Notes under the pieces: model-generated
Database searches by the model: none
Told to the model about the DNA's origin: nothing
The model's input: only the letters and a program-made list of their open reading frames with translations
NCBI GenBank assembly: GCA_000091205.1
Contig: AP006502.2
Length of the DNA: 64,000 bases
Source: Cyanidioschyzon merolae
Lineage: Eukaryota
Reading direction: 5' to 3' (one strand)
Translations under genes and position numbers: made by a program
Shown: positions 44,898-55,974 of the stretch, in pieces
Position numbering within the stretch: the first letter of the stretch is position 1
Layout: the number at the start of each line of letters is the position of its first letter

Positions 44898-47450
44898 TCA
44901 CGACGTCGACCGCCGCATGGCACCCAGCTTGACTGCTCGCCGTCGCCGTGCGTCCGCGCTGTTCAACACCAGCGCCCAGTCGTTCGCGTCCGGTACCGAC
45001 GCCAGCGGCTCCGTTGCAGGTCCCTGCGGCTGCTGCACTGCTGCGCCTCCAGCAGCAGCAGCAGCAGCAGGCGCGCCCGCATTCGAGCGCGTACGCATCG
45101 CCGCTGGCGCATCGCGGCAACGTGCCGCTTCCGCAGTGCGCATGCATTCCTCCGCCAGCGCCGCCTCCCAGAGCGATGCCGAAGGCGCACGTGTGGATCT
45201 GGACAAACTGGACATCGATGCGTGCACCGCTGTACTGGACAGCGCCGCAGGTCGATGCGTGTCCGCACTGGGCGATGCGATCGGTGCGGCAAACTGCTCC
45301 GCTGAGAGGCGCGCTGCATTTGGAGGCGCCTCGGGCCGCGTCCCTCGATCGCGTGCGCTCATCGGTGTCGCGGAGCTGGCTTGCGTCTCACGCGTGATCG
45401 ACAGTAGCGCGTTGTCTTCGGCATTGAGCGCGCTGGGTTTCAAAGCAGCACCTGCAACAGCGGAGCGTCTGTCCGCTTCGGCGTGATTCGCTTGGCTCGC
45501 CCGGTTCAGCGATGTGCCCGCAGCGTGTTCTTGCTTCGTAGCATCGAATACGTCGACCAGCGAGGCTGCGAGCGATGCGAAATGCCACGATCCTGCGCGG
45601 TCGCTTTTCGATGCGGCGGCTCTGGCCCCGAGCGCGCTCGCCGTGCTCGTGCCAGGCTGAATCTCGGCGACGCGCTCGCGATCCTCTCGTTCTTTCTCCT
45701 GCTCATGCATGGTGCGTAAACGCCGCAGGTAGGCGTCTGTGACGCGAAACGCCTGTTCGCGCACATCAGCGACTTTATCGCCGAGTCCTTGACAGAGCGC
45801 CGGCAGAATTCGACTCACCATATCATCCCGAGCGTAGAGGTCAGCGGTCGCCTCTAGGGCTGCGATGCCCGCAGCGCGCGCGGGCGGGAATGAGTCGCGC
45901 ATCGCTCGCGTGAACGCCGCAACAAGCACCTTCTTCTGCGTCGTCGCACTCAAAAGGGTCGCGATCTTGCCCAAACAAATCGTAGTATTCGTTCGTATTG
46001 CCGGTTCCGGATCCAGCTGTAACTTGGCGAAATGGTTCATCAGGACGTGATTGCGATTCCGTTCGCTCAAACGCGGAGCTATCCGGGCGATCGTCTTGAG
46101 TACCATGTCCCGCAAAGCCAGCGGTACGACCTGCTCCATCGCGCTGGGTGACCCCGCTCTTGGATCCGACGTGCTCTGCGATGTTGTCGACGCTGTCCCT
46201 GTTTGGATCGTGATTTGGCGCGGCAAGTTGGCCACCATCGCCGGAAACAAAATCTCATTCAACTGACTCGTATCTGCACGCTCGACCAGCCAGTCCAGTG
46301 CCTGGGCAACTTCATTCCGGACGTCGATCGGACTGGCGCGTAGCCAGCGTGCAACCGCTTCCATGAATGCACGTGTTTCCGGTCCTTGTCGGTTCTCGAA
46401 ACGACGATGAATGCGTAACACCACGCGTATGGCAGCTGGATCCGCAACGCCCAAGTCAATGGCCTGCTGCAGCAGTGGTGCTGCCTTGTAGACACAAAAC
46501 GATGGCGGCAGTTTGTCTAGTGACTCTAGTAAAGACTCCATGGTGCTGCGTTTTTCCCAGTGCTCGCTCAGCTGCAGACGGTCGAGCGCTAGATTGAGAC
46601 GCACGAACGGCATCTGCAAAATGTGCTCTTGTGTGAGAAACGACTGGAGCGCTGCGCGTTTCGCGCTATCAGCCGCTAAAAATAGCGAATAAACGGAACG
46701 CAGCTTCTCTGGAATGACCTGGATACGACGCAAATCGTCTACTGTTTGGTATTGGCCGCCCGAGAAAAGCTCATACATGAGACATCCAAAAGCCCATGCG
46801 TCCAACGCGTGCGTCGGTATCGCGGTAGCAGGCGGGACGGGCGTATGAAGTTCTGGAGGCCAGTAGTTGGCGAACTGAAAGTGCCGCGCCTCGCTCAGGC
46901 GTTGCCACTGCGCCGACTCGGTGAGAACTTCCAGGCCGCCGAGTTTCCAGTCGCCTCCCGCTGTCACGAAAACCGTAGCCGGCGATAGCCGACCGTGAAC
47001 GGACTTCATTTCTGTATGAATGAAGTGCAGAGCTCTCGCTATACAAAATAAACCCCATACAATCGTCTCCGCGGTCAGCGAAATTGGATCAGAACGCAAC
47101 ACAAACTGCAACGGAACAACTGCTTCTGTCACCAGTTGCAGAGACTCGCTCTGAGCTGCGCCAGCTGATAGTTCCGACGAGTCAACAAACCGCAAAATAT
47201 CCGGATGTCTCACTGTTCGAAGCCGCTGTACGCCTGCCCTCGCGAGATGCTCGCAGACGTCCGCCCGGCTTCCGTGGTGTCGTCGCCGCTCGAAACGAAA
47301 CAGCGTTACCGGGGGAGCGTTCTCGTCGCGAGTCGAAACAGCATCGTGAACAGTCCAGACTTGCGCCGGATCATCAAGAGGAATGGTGCGTGTCACGCGA
47401 TAGGGCAAGTCTCGGGACTCCTTTCCGATAAGCTTGAGCAGCGTCTGCAT
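44898..47450 (-). CDS. SCY1-like N-terminal kinase-like protein (SCYL1/Cex1-type pseudokinase with HEAT repeats)
   Basis: Seen: MQTLLKLIGKESRDLPYRVTR..., VRHPDILRFVD, QLVTEAVVPL and VHGRLSPATVFVTAGGDWKLGGLEV are colinear with SCYL1, followed by HEAT-like repeats and a low-complexity Ala/Ser tail. The ATG at 47450 was chosen by homology; upstream in-frame ATG at 47591. Confidence 0.78.
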   Translation of the reverse strand: MQTLLKLIGKESRDLPYRVTRTIPLDDPAQVWTVHDAVSTRDENAPPVTLFRFERRRHHGSRADVCEHLARAGVQRLRTVRHPDILRFVDSSELSAGAAQSESLQLVTEAVVPLQFVLRSDPISLTAETIVWGLFCIARALHFIHTEMKSVHGRLSPATVFVTAGGDWKLGGLEVLTESAQWQRLSEARHFQFANYWPPELHTPVPPATAIPTHALDAWAFGCLMYELFSGGQYQTVDDLRRIQVIPEKLRSVYSLFLAADSAKRAALQSFLTQEHILQMPFVRLNLALDRLQLSEHWEKRSTMESLLESLDKLPPSFCVYKAAPLLQQAIDLGVADPAAIRVVLRIHRRFENRQGPETRAFMEAVARWLRASPIDVRNEVAQALDWLVERADTSQLNEILFPAMVANLPRQITIQTGTASTTSQSTSDPRAGSPSAMEQVVPLALRDMVLKTIARIAPRLSERNRNHVLMNHFAKLQLDPEPAIRTNTTICLGKIATLLSATTQKKVLVAAFTRAMRDSFPPARAAGIAALEATADLYARDDMVSRILPALCQGLGDKVADVREQAFRVTDAYLRRLRTMHEQEKEREDRERVAEIQPGTSTASALGARAAASKSDRAGSWHFASLAASLVDVFDATKQEHAAGTSLNRASQANHAEADRRSAVAGAALKPSALNAEDNALLSITRETQASSATPMSARDRGTRPEAPPNAARLSAEQFAAPIASPSADTHRPAALSSTAVHASMSSLSRSTRAPSASLWEAALAEECMRTAEAARCRDAPAAMRTRSNAGAPAAAAAAGGAAVQQPQGPATEPLASVPDANDWALVLNSADARRRRAVKLGAMRRSTS

Positions 47451-49292
47451 AGACGCAGCGCCAGGCGTTGCAGTAGTAACGGTATCGGTGAAGCGGGCGA
47501 TCGACACGTTCCAGGGCGCTGCGGGGGCGACTGCCGCGTGGCGCGCGCCCTGCCCGCATCGTACTTCCGCCTCCAGTGTTTTCTTCTTCATGGACAACAC
47601 GTTTCCTTAGGCCAGCGTTCTCCGATTATGCGCTTTTTTCTTTTCTTTCTTTTTTTTCAGTGCGCGGTGAGGTATCCATCAAACGCCCTACTTCCATGTT
47701 ACTTGACCTATACTTCGTCTCGGATATTCTGGTCGTTTCACACGTCCTATTGTGTGTGCCAAGTGCCTGCCGAAAGCGACCGCAATAGCGCCTATAGCGT
47801 CGGTGCGGTCGCTGCACGGAGACAGAGCGGCGTTGCCGTACCACACACAGGGGGCGTCAGCTCGTGTTTCCGCCTCCGATGCGCACACGTTGCACAGCGT
47901 GCATGCGTGCGTGCCTCTTTATCCGTAGAGCGTTCGCTGGCAAGTGCTTCGTAGCATCCATGTGTACCATGGAAGACTAGGGTCGAGCAACTCGCTCCGT
48001 TCGAGCGGGTAGGTAGAATCCAGAATTCATACGGTAGCTCAAATTTTTACATAAACTAGCGGGTGCGACGGCGGAGCTCGCAACTACATCCCGGCTGCGT
48101 CCCCGTCAACTGCCATCACGGATCGAGACACAGCCAACGCTCGGATATTGGATCCATGTATGCATCATGTTTACAGCGTTGGAAAAGTGTCGTCTATGCA
48201 TAGATCATGCCGAGTTGGGGTCTAAGTTACCCAAGCAACGGTCCATGTGCTGCAGGAGGCGCATGCTGCGGTGTGTCGCACAGCGCATCCAACTGAGTTT
48301 GCAGCACGTTTGAAAAGAGCTTCTGAGGGACTGATTTCGTTTCGAACGTGGCTGAGAGTCGTATGCACCTCACGGGTAGTGCTTTCGTTTACAAAAGAGG
48401 CTCAGAAGCAGCTGCACACTTTCCGAATGAACGCGCTCGCAGCGAAGGCGTCAATGCTCTGGATCCATGTGTGCGCGCACGCCCGCTCAACAAAAACGAG
48501 CGTGCCGATACGCATTGCGATTATAGGGAATCCCGGGTTCGCGTCAGTGATCCTGCACACCCCAGCGAAAACGCCATGATACAATGCGATACCGAGAGAG
48601 TACGGCGCTCACTCGATACCGGATCCAGCCGAGAACTGGCGCTGCGTAGGCGAGACGGTTCGAGAAGTGCAGTCAGGCACCAGCGATGACACGCTCCATC
48701 GAGAATAGGTACTGTTTTCTAGGTTGATCGCAGATATCCACGTCTCGATAGCCGATGCACAATACATTCGATGCTTGACGCGCACTTGAATGCCCAAAGA
48801 GGCGTTGATACGTCGCTGGTGAGCATGCGCAGCGGCGATGCCGAGGGTGAAGGTCATCGGGCTCAATGTCACGGGGAGCTCGCGACCAGCGCCATGGATA
48901 CTGCCCGCGATTTCGAGTCCATACGCGGTAGCACCTATTCGTTTCAGATGTATCGTTCCGGAGCGTCACCGGCATCTGCTCATCGTCAGAACCCGACACC
49001 CCCAGGCAGCGGGAGGTCCTCATTGCGCAGTCCAGGCCAGGTTCCCGAGGCCTCACCCGCCCCCCGGATTTGTGCATCGTCTATGGCGGGACCTTCCATG
49101 GGGCACGCATACGCTGCATACCAGTACCGTATGCACGATTTTCGACATCACCATGTAAGGCCCCTTCGCAGGTGCTGCTGGCGTCGCTACGCGCATGCAG
49201 CAGCAACATCGGCGACGAACAGGTATCGCATGTGTTGCCGGCAGACGCTCTGGTCAGCGTCGGCAAAACTCGCAGTGTCCCATGAACCAAGT

Positions 49293-50012
49293 CTACGGAT
49301 CCGGTGATTCTCGCGTTGCCGCAGTTGCCTCGGGCCGGCACCAGGCCAGGAGCATATCAAGTGCTGGACTCGACATGTCCATTTCCAACCAGAGCAAGCG
49401 AATCGGGCCATCTGGGCCTTCGTTATCACGGTTCTCGTCAGCATGCTGGTTCTCGCGGTTTATTCCCGAACCGCCCGTCCATAAATCGTCTTCCAGTATC
49501 TTGAATGAATCTGATTCATTACGTAGCTTCTGAACGGCTTCCCAGCTACACGGCCGATGCGTCTCCGAAGGGCCCAACTGGCGCCCCCGGTACTCAATTC
49601 GACGTCTCCATTCCACCTCGTCTGTGAGTTGGCAGTTCACAATGCGAAGTTCCACTCGTCTGACTCGAGAAGCGTTCGCAACTTTCCCTTCGACAAGTGA
49701 AGGTCGCAAGCGCTCCCTTATCGCCGTCATCAGGGCGACTAAATCCGCACGAAACCGAAACGGAGCGTCTACGAGTATGTAGGGCACACCCAATTGCACC
49801 TGTTCCGCAACGAGCCTCCACAGTAACTGTTTCGAGAGATCGTTGCAGCGCTCCTCGGGGAGCACGTTCGCGCCGTACAGCACATCTTTCAAGTCGTCCT
49901 TGTCAAAGCGCGGCGCTCTGAGACGCTCTGCTATCGCACGCGACAGTGTCGTCTTCCCGACACCGGGAAACCCTTTGAACACCAGGACACGCACCGGAGA
50001 CGCACCCGCCAT
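49293..50012 (-). CDS. P-loop NTPase / small-molecule kinase-like protein (AAA_33-like)
   Basis: Seen: a Walker A motif VLVFKGFPGVGKTTLSRAIA and a downstream ILVDAP hydrophobic strand (Walker B-like). 239 aa; the ATG at 50012 was verified. Confidence 0.5.
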   Translation of the reverse strand: MAGASPVRVLVFKGFPGVGKTTLSRAIAERLRAPRFDKDDLKDVLYGANVLPEERCNDLSKQLLWRLVAEQVQLGVPYILVDAPFRFRADLVALMTAIRERLRPSLVEGKVANASRVRRVELRIVNCQLTDEVEWRRRIEYRGRQLGPSETHRPCSWEAVQKLRNESDSFKILEDDLWTGGSGINRENQHADENRDNEGPDGPIRLLWLEMDMSSPALDMLLAWCRPEATAATRESPDP

Positions 50013-50242
50013 GCGCTGACGTCGTACCCGTTACGCACAGCAGGCCAAGCGCTTCCTGGAGCGCTTGTCCCGTCGACTTTGACCCCGGAACCGCCACGGG
50101 ACACCACAGCGAGTCCACTGGGGCCCGCCCAACCAGAGACACGAGGCGAAGCGACGCTGCTGCAACGCAGTCGAAAGCGCCTTTTCCGTTTTCGTCTGTT
50201 TTTGGTGTCGAAGGCGGCGACAATTGGAGCGGCGCGTGTTGC

Positions 50243-51127
50243 ATGTACGGCGAGACCGCAGCACCTACGTTCACGAGTCTTCAGGCTGGCGTATTCTCAC
50301 AAAAACAGAAGCGATCCATATTATTGGACAATAAGCTCATACATCAAGCGATGAAACTGATGCGCTGGTTCCGCTCGGCGGATTTGCGGTACGAGATAGG
50401 TGAGCGACTTGTTACGAGGCACCCGTCAACCCAGCGTGTCCCGGTGGCGCTGTCGCACGCAGACAGGCGAAGAGCCCCCAGTCTCTGCGCGCTAACCAGC
50501 GCGAGCACGTCTGCATCTAGCGTCCACAGCAGCTTGCTGCGATACGTGCAGCGTGACCTGGAGGGACGACCTCTTGGGCGCGTTTTATCGAACACGGGAG
50601 CGATCAGAGGCTTTTCGGCAACAAGCGCAGGTGACGCAACGCTGGAGACTGCACCGCTGGACGAGCTGCGGCGGGGACTGGGCGCTCCGGATCTACAGCT
50701 CGAAGACTCGCTGGATACCGGTGACGGGAGACCTGCAAAGCGCGACGCGAGTTTCACGGTGCGCCTCTTGCAGTACCTGGTGCAGCGCTACCGAGGCCGT
50801 GTTCATCCAAACCCGCTTGCAGTGGCGCAAAGCGCTACAGTTAGGGACCTGCTCTACCTCTTTGCGAAACTTGATCGGGATCTGGCGGTTCGCGAAGGTA
50901 GGGACACCGCCGCATGGCGAGCCTGGCGCTTACAGCGTTTCTTCGGCGTCTCCAGCATGGACGAGATACCACCGAACGTAACGATTGACGCTCGACTCTT
51001 GCCGGATGCACCTTCACCGGGTTCCGTTCCGTATAACCGAAGAAAAATCCGTGAGCGTTTACGTCGCGTGCTGGAGTCTGCGCGTGCATCGACGTCGCCT
51101 CAGAATGAGCACGAACCTGGGGCATGA
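50243..51127 (+). CDS. hypothetical protein (294 aa), transcribed divergently from the P-loop gene
   Basis: Seen: an ATG at 50243 and an uninterrupted ORF with balanced composition. No domain recognised. Confidence 0.35.
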   Translation: MYGETAAPTFTSLQAGVFSQKQKRSILLDNKLIHQAMKLMRWFRSADLRYEIGERLVTRHPSTQRVPVALSHADRRRAPSLCALTSASTSASSVHSSLLRYVQRDLEGRPLGRVLSNTGAIRGFSATSAGDATLETAPLDELRRGLGAPDLQLEDSLDTGDGRPAKRDASFTVRLLQYLVQRYRGRVHPNPLAVAQSATVRDLLYLFAKLDRDLAVREGRDTAAWRAWRLQRFFGVSSMDEIPPNVTIDARLLPDAPSPGSVPYNRRKIRERLRRVLESARASTSPQNEHEPGA

Positions 51128-51766
51128 ACGCGTAGCGGTGCGTGCTGTGGGAGACGGGCGCCCAATAAAGCGGCTATTCGAAGTGTGAAAGTGTGCGCTA
51201 GTCGTTGCGCCTGTGCAGCTTGTACCATGAGCATGGGCGTGTCGAGGTTCTGCCACTTTGGCCCCGTGGACTGTTCCCTCAAAAGTGGCTGGGTTGCATG
51301 GTGAAGCGTACTGATCGTAGCTGCGCGAGTGAGCTCTGTTGCAAGCGCGCAAAACGAATGCTCTGCTCTGGTGAGTAACTTGAAGCGGCATCTGCGCAGG
51401 AGGCGCAGGCGCTTATGGCAAAATGCTGATTACTTGCATGTTTGACCGCGAAAATCGCAGTCGATAGACATTGCTGCTGACAGCAGCGATAGAGAGCACG
51501 TCCATTCTACCTAGATGCGATTATTCACATTGCAGATCACTCGGACGACATCTGTCACCATGGAATGTGAGTCAGATCGCTTCCGTTCTGCCTAGTTGTG
51601 GTCAATCACTCTGCAGATCACTTGGACGACATCTCTTGTCATGGCAGGCCAATCGCATGATTCATGGACTCGAATGCCGGGCAACGAGGCAATCGCAACT
51701 GCATCGGAACATTGCCCAGCAGCTGGGTGGCGGCGCGCACCAGACTCCTGTCGCTGCAAATACATT

Positions 51767-53485
51767 TTACGAAGCGTCGAGGTGTACCAAGAGTCCATGG
51801 ATGTTATGCGTATCGCTTTTTGAACCGGACTCTTTTGTCTGGGGCGCTGCTGTAGACTGCACGTTTCCGAAAAGGAGCAGTTCAGGGGCCGGCATACCGT
51901 CACATGATGATTCCGGTGACGCGACTTGATTGGGAGGAGGCATCACGAGCGGTGCCCCTTCTCGCTTAGCTCCCGCTGCTGCATGTGGCCTATTCGACGG
52001 AACACGACTCGTGCAAGGATCCACAGGCTCCATGTGTACATGTGCTTGCGCAGTAGATAACACGCTGCGCTCATCAGCTTTCACTGCCTGTCGAGAGACT
52101 TGCGCGGCACATGGCGATCCGGATGAGCGCAGCTTAGAAGCATCTGGCGACGATTCCTCACGTGGATCCAGATGCGCTGCTGCTCGAGGAGGACTCAGCT
52201 GCTGTGCTGGCCACCAAACATGCCAAGGTTCAGAATCATGAGGCGAGGAAACCAGAGGTGCGTGATCCGGGGATGTCACATCGTTTCTCGTCCTCGAGGA
52301 GCGCATGCCTTGTGACGCAGCGAGCGGCTGGCGCACGTAAGCGGTTTGGTTCCGCAGTGCATAGATCGCTACCTGAACAGTATCCATCATTTCTCGCAGG
52401 CGATGCTCGATGGTCGTTCGATAGCTTTCGGGGCACCGGACGAGGTCGTTCAAGCCTTCCTGTAAATCAACCTGTAATATTTGCAACGCTTGCTCAAGGT
52501 GATTCACATTCTGGCGCAAACTGTTACATTCTTGAAAGAGTCGATGATACGCCATCTCGGTGGCGCAGCGTTCTGCACGTTCGCTTGCAGCGTAGGCCTC
52601 TTGGGCTTGGGCTCGTTCTTTCTCCTTTTCGAGTGCTTCTCTCAAGCGCAAAATCTCCCAATGTGGATGCGACGGCTCAAAGGGCCTCCTCAGAATATGC
52701 CGAGGGCTCTCTTCGATGAGGGAGCGAAAGTCGCCGGGTGAACCCTGTTCCTCGAGCGTGCGCGCTCGGGACCATCGGGACTTGTCAGCGACCACCACGG
52801 CTTCTTTGGTCGTTCCTTGCCCGGGTGCGCGGACTGGACGGCGTCGACTCTGCTGATTGCGGGCCGAGGCTTTCCGAGACTTGGTTCCAGGGCGGCTCGG
52901 TGTTGCAAAACAGGCTGTGCCTCCTGGGGTTGCGGGTTTTCCCGCCGGCGCGAGTTCCGAAGGTTGGTTCTGCAGCTCTCGAAGCACTGCACGCCCGGTT
53001 CGTGACGTATGACGCTTTCCGTGATTCCTCGCGTTTGACGACGACTCGATTTCGGTACGGGTATTGGACAGGGTGCACTGGTTCCCGGGTGCTCTAGTGC
53101 CGCGCGTTTCCTTCAAGTTCTTATGTTCGCGCTCCCTGCGCTCCGGAGTCAAGAGCGAGAACTCCAGCTGCCGTTGAACGATTCTATCCTCAGAATCGAG
53201 GTGTTTTTCCGGTACGCATTCATCATTCGTCATATTAGCGAGTCGTCGTAGTACAGCAGAGTCCTCTGGAGTGAGCATGATGCGCCAAGCGTTCGTTTCG
53301 GACAAGTCGCTGGGCGAGAGCGCCAAACCTGCAGGCGATTTGAAATAGGACGCAGGTTCTGAGCCCCGGGGTGCGCGCGACCGCATTGGAATCCTATACA
53401 CGATAGATAAAAATGTTCCATGATGGACACTGATGCGTTCGCGCATGGCGCCGGCGCCCGCACACCACAGCGGCGGGGGCGGCAT
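51767..53485 (-). CDS. hypothetical coiled-coil protein, Ser/Pro/Arg-rich
   Basis: Seen: a long ORF whose first ATG is at 53485 (the ORF track start at 53551 is TTG). A heptad-like stretch LRLREALEKEKERAQAQEAYAASERAE...LEQALQILQVDLQEGLNDL is present. No family assigned. Confidence 0.4.
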   Translation of the reverse strand: MPPPPLWCAGAGAMRERISVHHGTFLSIVYRIPMRSRAPRGSEPASYFKSPAGLALSPSDLSETNAWRIMLTPEDSAVLRRLANMTNDECVPEKHLDSEDRIVQRQLEFSLLTPERREREHKNLKETRGTRAPGNQCTLSNTRTEIESSSNARNHGKRHTSRTGRAVLRELQNQPSELAPAGKPATPGGTACFATPSRPGTKSRKASARNQQSRRRPVRAPGQGTTKEAVVVADKSRWSRARTLEEQGSPGDFRSLIEESPRHILRRPFEPSHPHWEILRLREALEKEKERAQAQEAYAASERAERCATEMAYHRLFQECNSLRQNVNHLEQALQILQVDLQEGLNDLVRCPESYRTTIEHRLREMMDTVQVAIYALRNQTAYVRQPLAASQGMRSSRTRNDVTSPDHAPLVSSPHDSEPWHVWWPAQQLSPPRAAAHLDPREESSPDASKLRSSGSPCAAQVSRQAVKADERSVLSTAQAHVHMEPVDPCTSRVPSNRPHAAAGAKREGAPLVMPPPNQVASPESSCDGMPAPELLLFGNVQSTAAPQTKESGSKSDTHNIHGLLVHLDAS

Positions 53486-53877
53486 CTCCGGGCGGCCACC
53501 GGATCGATGTTTCCTGTCTTCGGGACTGGAACCCGCATCTGAGCCGGTCAATTGCAGAGGCTTGCGGGGTCCAGCGGGAGCCTCTTTCGCGTTTGCAGAA
53601 GGCGCTTATGCCTCGCGCAAGTTCCGATTCTATTCGTGGACATTGCACTATACACAACGCTGCGCATCGAACAGACGAATGGCGGCTGTGTGCACGTAGC
53701 GTGCTGGCGCCGCGCATGGCTCGTACCCGAGGCCACCGGCGGTGGCTGTCGCACCGTCGCTGGCGCCGACTCGAGACTACCGGTCGGTAGTGTGAGGTGG
53801 CGACCCGAGTCGTCGCTGCGCCATCGCACCGGCCCTGCACACACTGACCACGATTGCACCGCGATGCGCATGGCCAA

Positions 53878-54885
53878 CTAGTCTGCCGCGTCCGCAATAC
53901 CACCGGCATTTATTTCGAAAGTAGCCTCGCCTTCGGGTAGGCAAGGACTATCCACCAGCTTTGCGATGCGCTGCTCGCCGCGTCCTTTCCGGAGTGCCAG
54001 TCTCGTGGTCGATGCATGTGCCATGATGTGACCGCCGATCGGCTTCAATGGATTTGAGGAGAACATAGCCGCCGCGCCATCCGGGCACGCCTGTACCTGA
54101 TTCGTAACCAGGGCACAGACGTTGAACTCCTCGGCGAGCTTGCCAAGCGTACTCATAAACTGATTTAAATGTTGCTGGCGTGCACTGAGTTCCCCACGTC
54201 CGCTATAGTCCACGCGATAGAGCGCCGTCGCCGAGTCTACAATCACCAAGGCGAAGCGCGACTCGCACATGAGAGCCGCTGCCTCGCGCAGCAGCTCCAG
54301 CTGCTGATCAGTGGTGTAGGCGCGCGCGTGCGCAATATTCTCGAGCACGTCATCGGCATCGATGCTGAAGCGCGTTGCGATCGCGCGGATGCGCTCCGGG
54401 CGGAAATTGCCCTCGGTATCGATGTAGACGACTCTGCCGGCATGCGACTCGTCCGCTGCTTGAGCGGTCACAGCCAGCGTGTGGCAAAGCTGGGTCTTAC
54501 CACAGCGATATTCTCCATAGACTTCGGTAATCGAAGCAGACTCGAGTCCACCTCCGAGTAGCGTATCGAGTGCATCGCTGCCCGTTCGGAGATGAAAAAC
54601 ACGCTGACGCACCGCCAGACACTCTGTACCGCTGCGGTAGCTGACGTCACCGGCGGCTGTCCTGGCCGCCGCCATGATCTTGTCCACCTTGGCCTCTGAG
54701 AGGCCCTTGATGTCAAGGAGCAAGCGCCGCGGACGCTGCAAAACGCCCAGACAGGTCACAATGCCAGCTTCGCGCAGTTTTTTCACATCTGTCGCGAGCA
54801 CACCTTGCTGTTCAAGTTCCTCGATCGGGTGAAATACCTCGGTCGTTTTCGAGCGGGCCCGCTCTACGACACTAGAGCGACTCAT
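53878..54885 (-). CDS. RAD51/DMC1-family strand-exchange recombinase (eukaryotic RecA homologue)
   Basis: Seen: an N-terminal HhH region ...DIKGLSEAKVDKI, Walker A GEYRCGKTQLCHTLAVTAQ, VYIDTEGNFRPERI, Walker B ALVIVDSATALYRVDYSGRGELSARQQHL, and PIGGHIMAHASTTRLALRKGRGEQRIAKLVDSP. The ATG at 54885 (MSRSSVVERARSK) gives 335 aa. Several positions carry DMC1-like residues (GLSEAKVDKI, EEFNV, GGHI, RIAK) and others RAD51-like ones. Confidence 0.9.
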   Translation of the reverse strand: MSRSSVVERARSKTTEVFHPIEELEQQGVLATDVKKLREAGIVTCLGVLQRPRRLLLDIKGLSEAKVDKIMAAARTAAGDVSYRSGTECLAVRQRVFHLRTGSDALDTLLGGGLESASITEVYGEYRCGKTQLCHTLAVTAQAADESHAGRVVYIDTEGNFRPERIRAIATRFSIDADDVLENIAHARAYTTDQQLELLREAAALMCESRFALVIVDSATALYRVDYSGRGELSARQQHLNQFMSTLGKLAEEFNVCALVTNQVQACPDGAAAMFSSNPLKPIGGHIMAHASTTRLALRKGRGEQRIAKLVDSPCLPEGEATFEINAGGIADAAD

Positions 54886-55039
54886 CCCACGATGCTGGTG
54901 TTGTCCTCGAACTGTCGCTAGACAACGCCAACAAGTTCGCCTTACGATGAATATCGCGATGCAGCGTGTCATCAAAATGATCGGATGCTCCTCCATGATG
55001 CATGTCGGGGCATGCGTGCATGATGATCGCTCAGTTGAC

Positions 55040-55190
55040 GAACACGCATGTATGTGTAGACACGTATATACATATGCACACATATATACACATGCACGCA
55101 TCTATACATATGCACGCATCTATGCAGACACGTATACATGCACGCATCTATACATATGCACGCATCTACGAAGACACGTACGTAGGTCGA
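55040..55190. repeat. tandem repeat (2 x 46 bp at 55091-55182, preceded by degenerate copies); CA/TG/CG alternating purine-pyrimidine, Z-DNA-prone; 5' flank of the RAD51-family gene
   Basis: Seen: catgcacgcatctatacatatgcacgcatctatgcagacacgtata followed by catgcacgcatctatacatatgcacgcatctacgaagacacgtacg, with acacgtatatacatatgcacacatatatacacatg immediately before. Confidence 0.8.
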
Positions 55191-55434
55191 TGGTGCCGAA
55201 CCTATGCCTGAAGGCCGTTCGTTCGACAGCTCTGCACCTGTTGACGTGAACATGGTACCGTAACCATGCAGTCAGAATTCGTCGCACCAGGGGTTCCTGG
55301 AATACTCCATTGTAACCGTAGACGCTCAGCATGCTGCAGCGGGACGCTGATCTGCTAGTGTTGCAGGCACCTCTTGCCCCGGGATGAACAGCTGGATTCC
55401 GTGAACGCCCCGGCATGCGAACGTGTACGTAAGC

Positions 55435-55452
55435 ACACACACACACACACAC
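55435..55452. repeat. (AC)n dinucleotide microsatellite
   Basis: Seen: cacacacacacacacac. Confidence 0.8.
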
Positions 55453-55974
55453 TATTCAGTGTCCGCTCTGAACCTGAACAAAGCACGTTGACAGCGGTTG
55501 GACAGCCTGCATACGACTTGCGGTCCGAGTGGTTTTCATTGAGCGCCCTATCGAGCTGAGGCCTGTCCCTGGCTCGTTTTCCGCTTTGGCACAGCGGCGT
55601 ACCTGGACAACACGAATCCACATCCCGTGTGTGGAAGCTGGTGCGCTCCTTTCCTCACAACAATGAAGGAACACGCAGCGAGCGCCGTTTGTCGCTCGTT
55701 TAGGATCCAGCACGATACCCGTGCGTGTAACACAGCTTGACTCCGTTCGGCGTGTTGCGTTCTGTTGCCAGTACCATCGAGCGCCACATGCTTACTCTTC
55801 ATGATTCTATGCTCTACACATCGAGGAAAAGCATTCCACGAAAGATCGCAAGGCTACCAAGAGAAGCAGACGATGGCGGTTGCGCGGCGGACAACGCCGT
55901 TCCTGCGCGCCTGCATCCGATGCCGACCAGACAAGCACTTTGCATTCGACCGCAAAGCTGCCGCACGAAACAAA

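Noticed and set aside
44272-45486. 404-aa plus-strand ORF, with the nested 259-aa minus-strand ORF 44368-45147 and the Arg-rich ORF 44963-45319
   Set aside because: They lie antisense to, or out of frame with, the low-complexity Ala/Ser-rich 3' end of the SCYL1-like gene in about 70% GC sequence. The composition is Arg/Ala/Cys-rich (CCCCCCWRRSSAAAAG), which is typical of GC-driven spurious ORFs. No domain was recognised.
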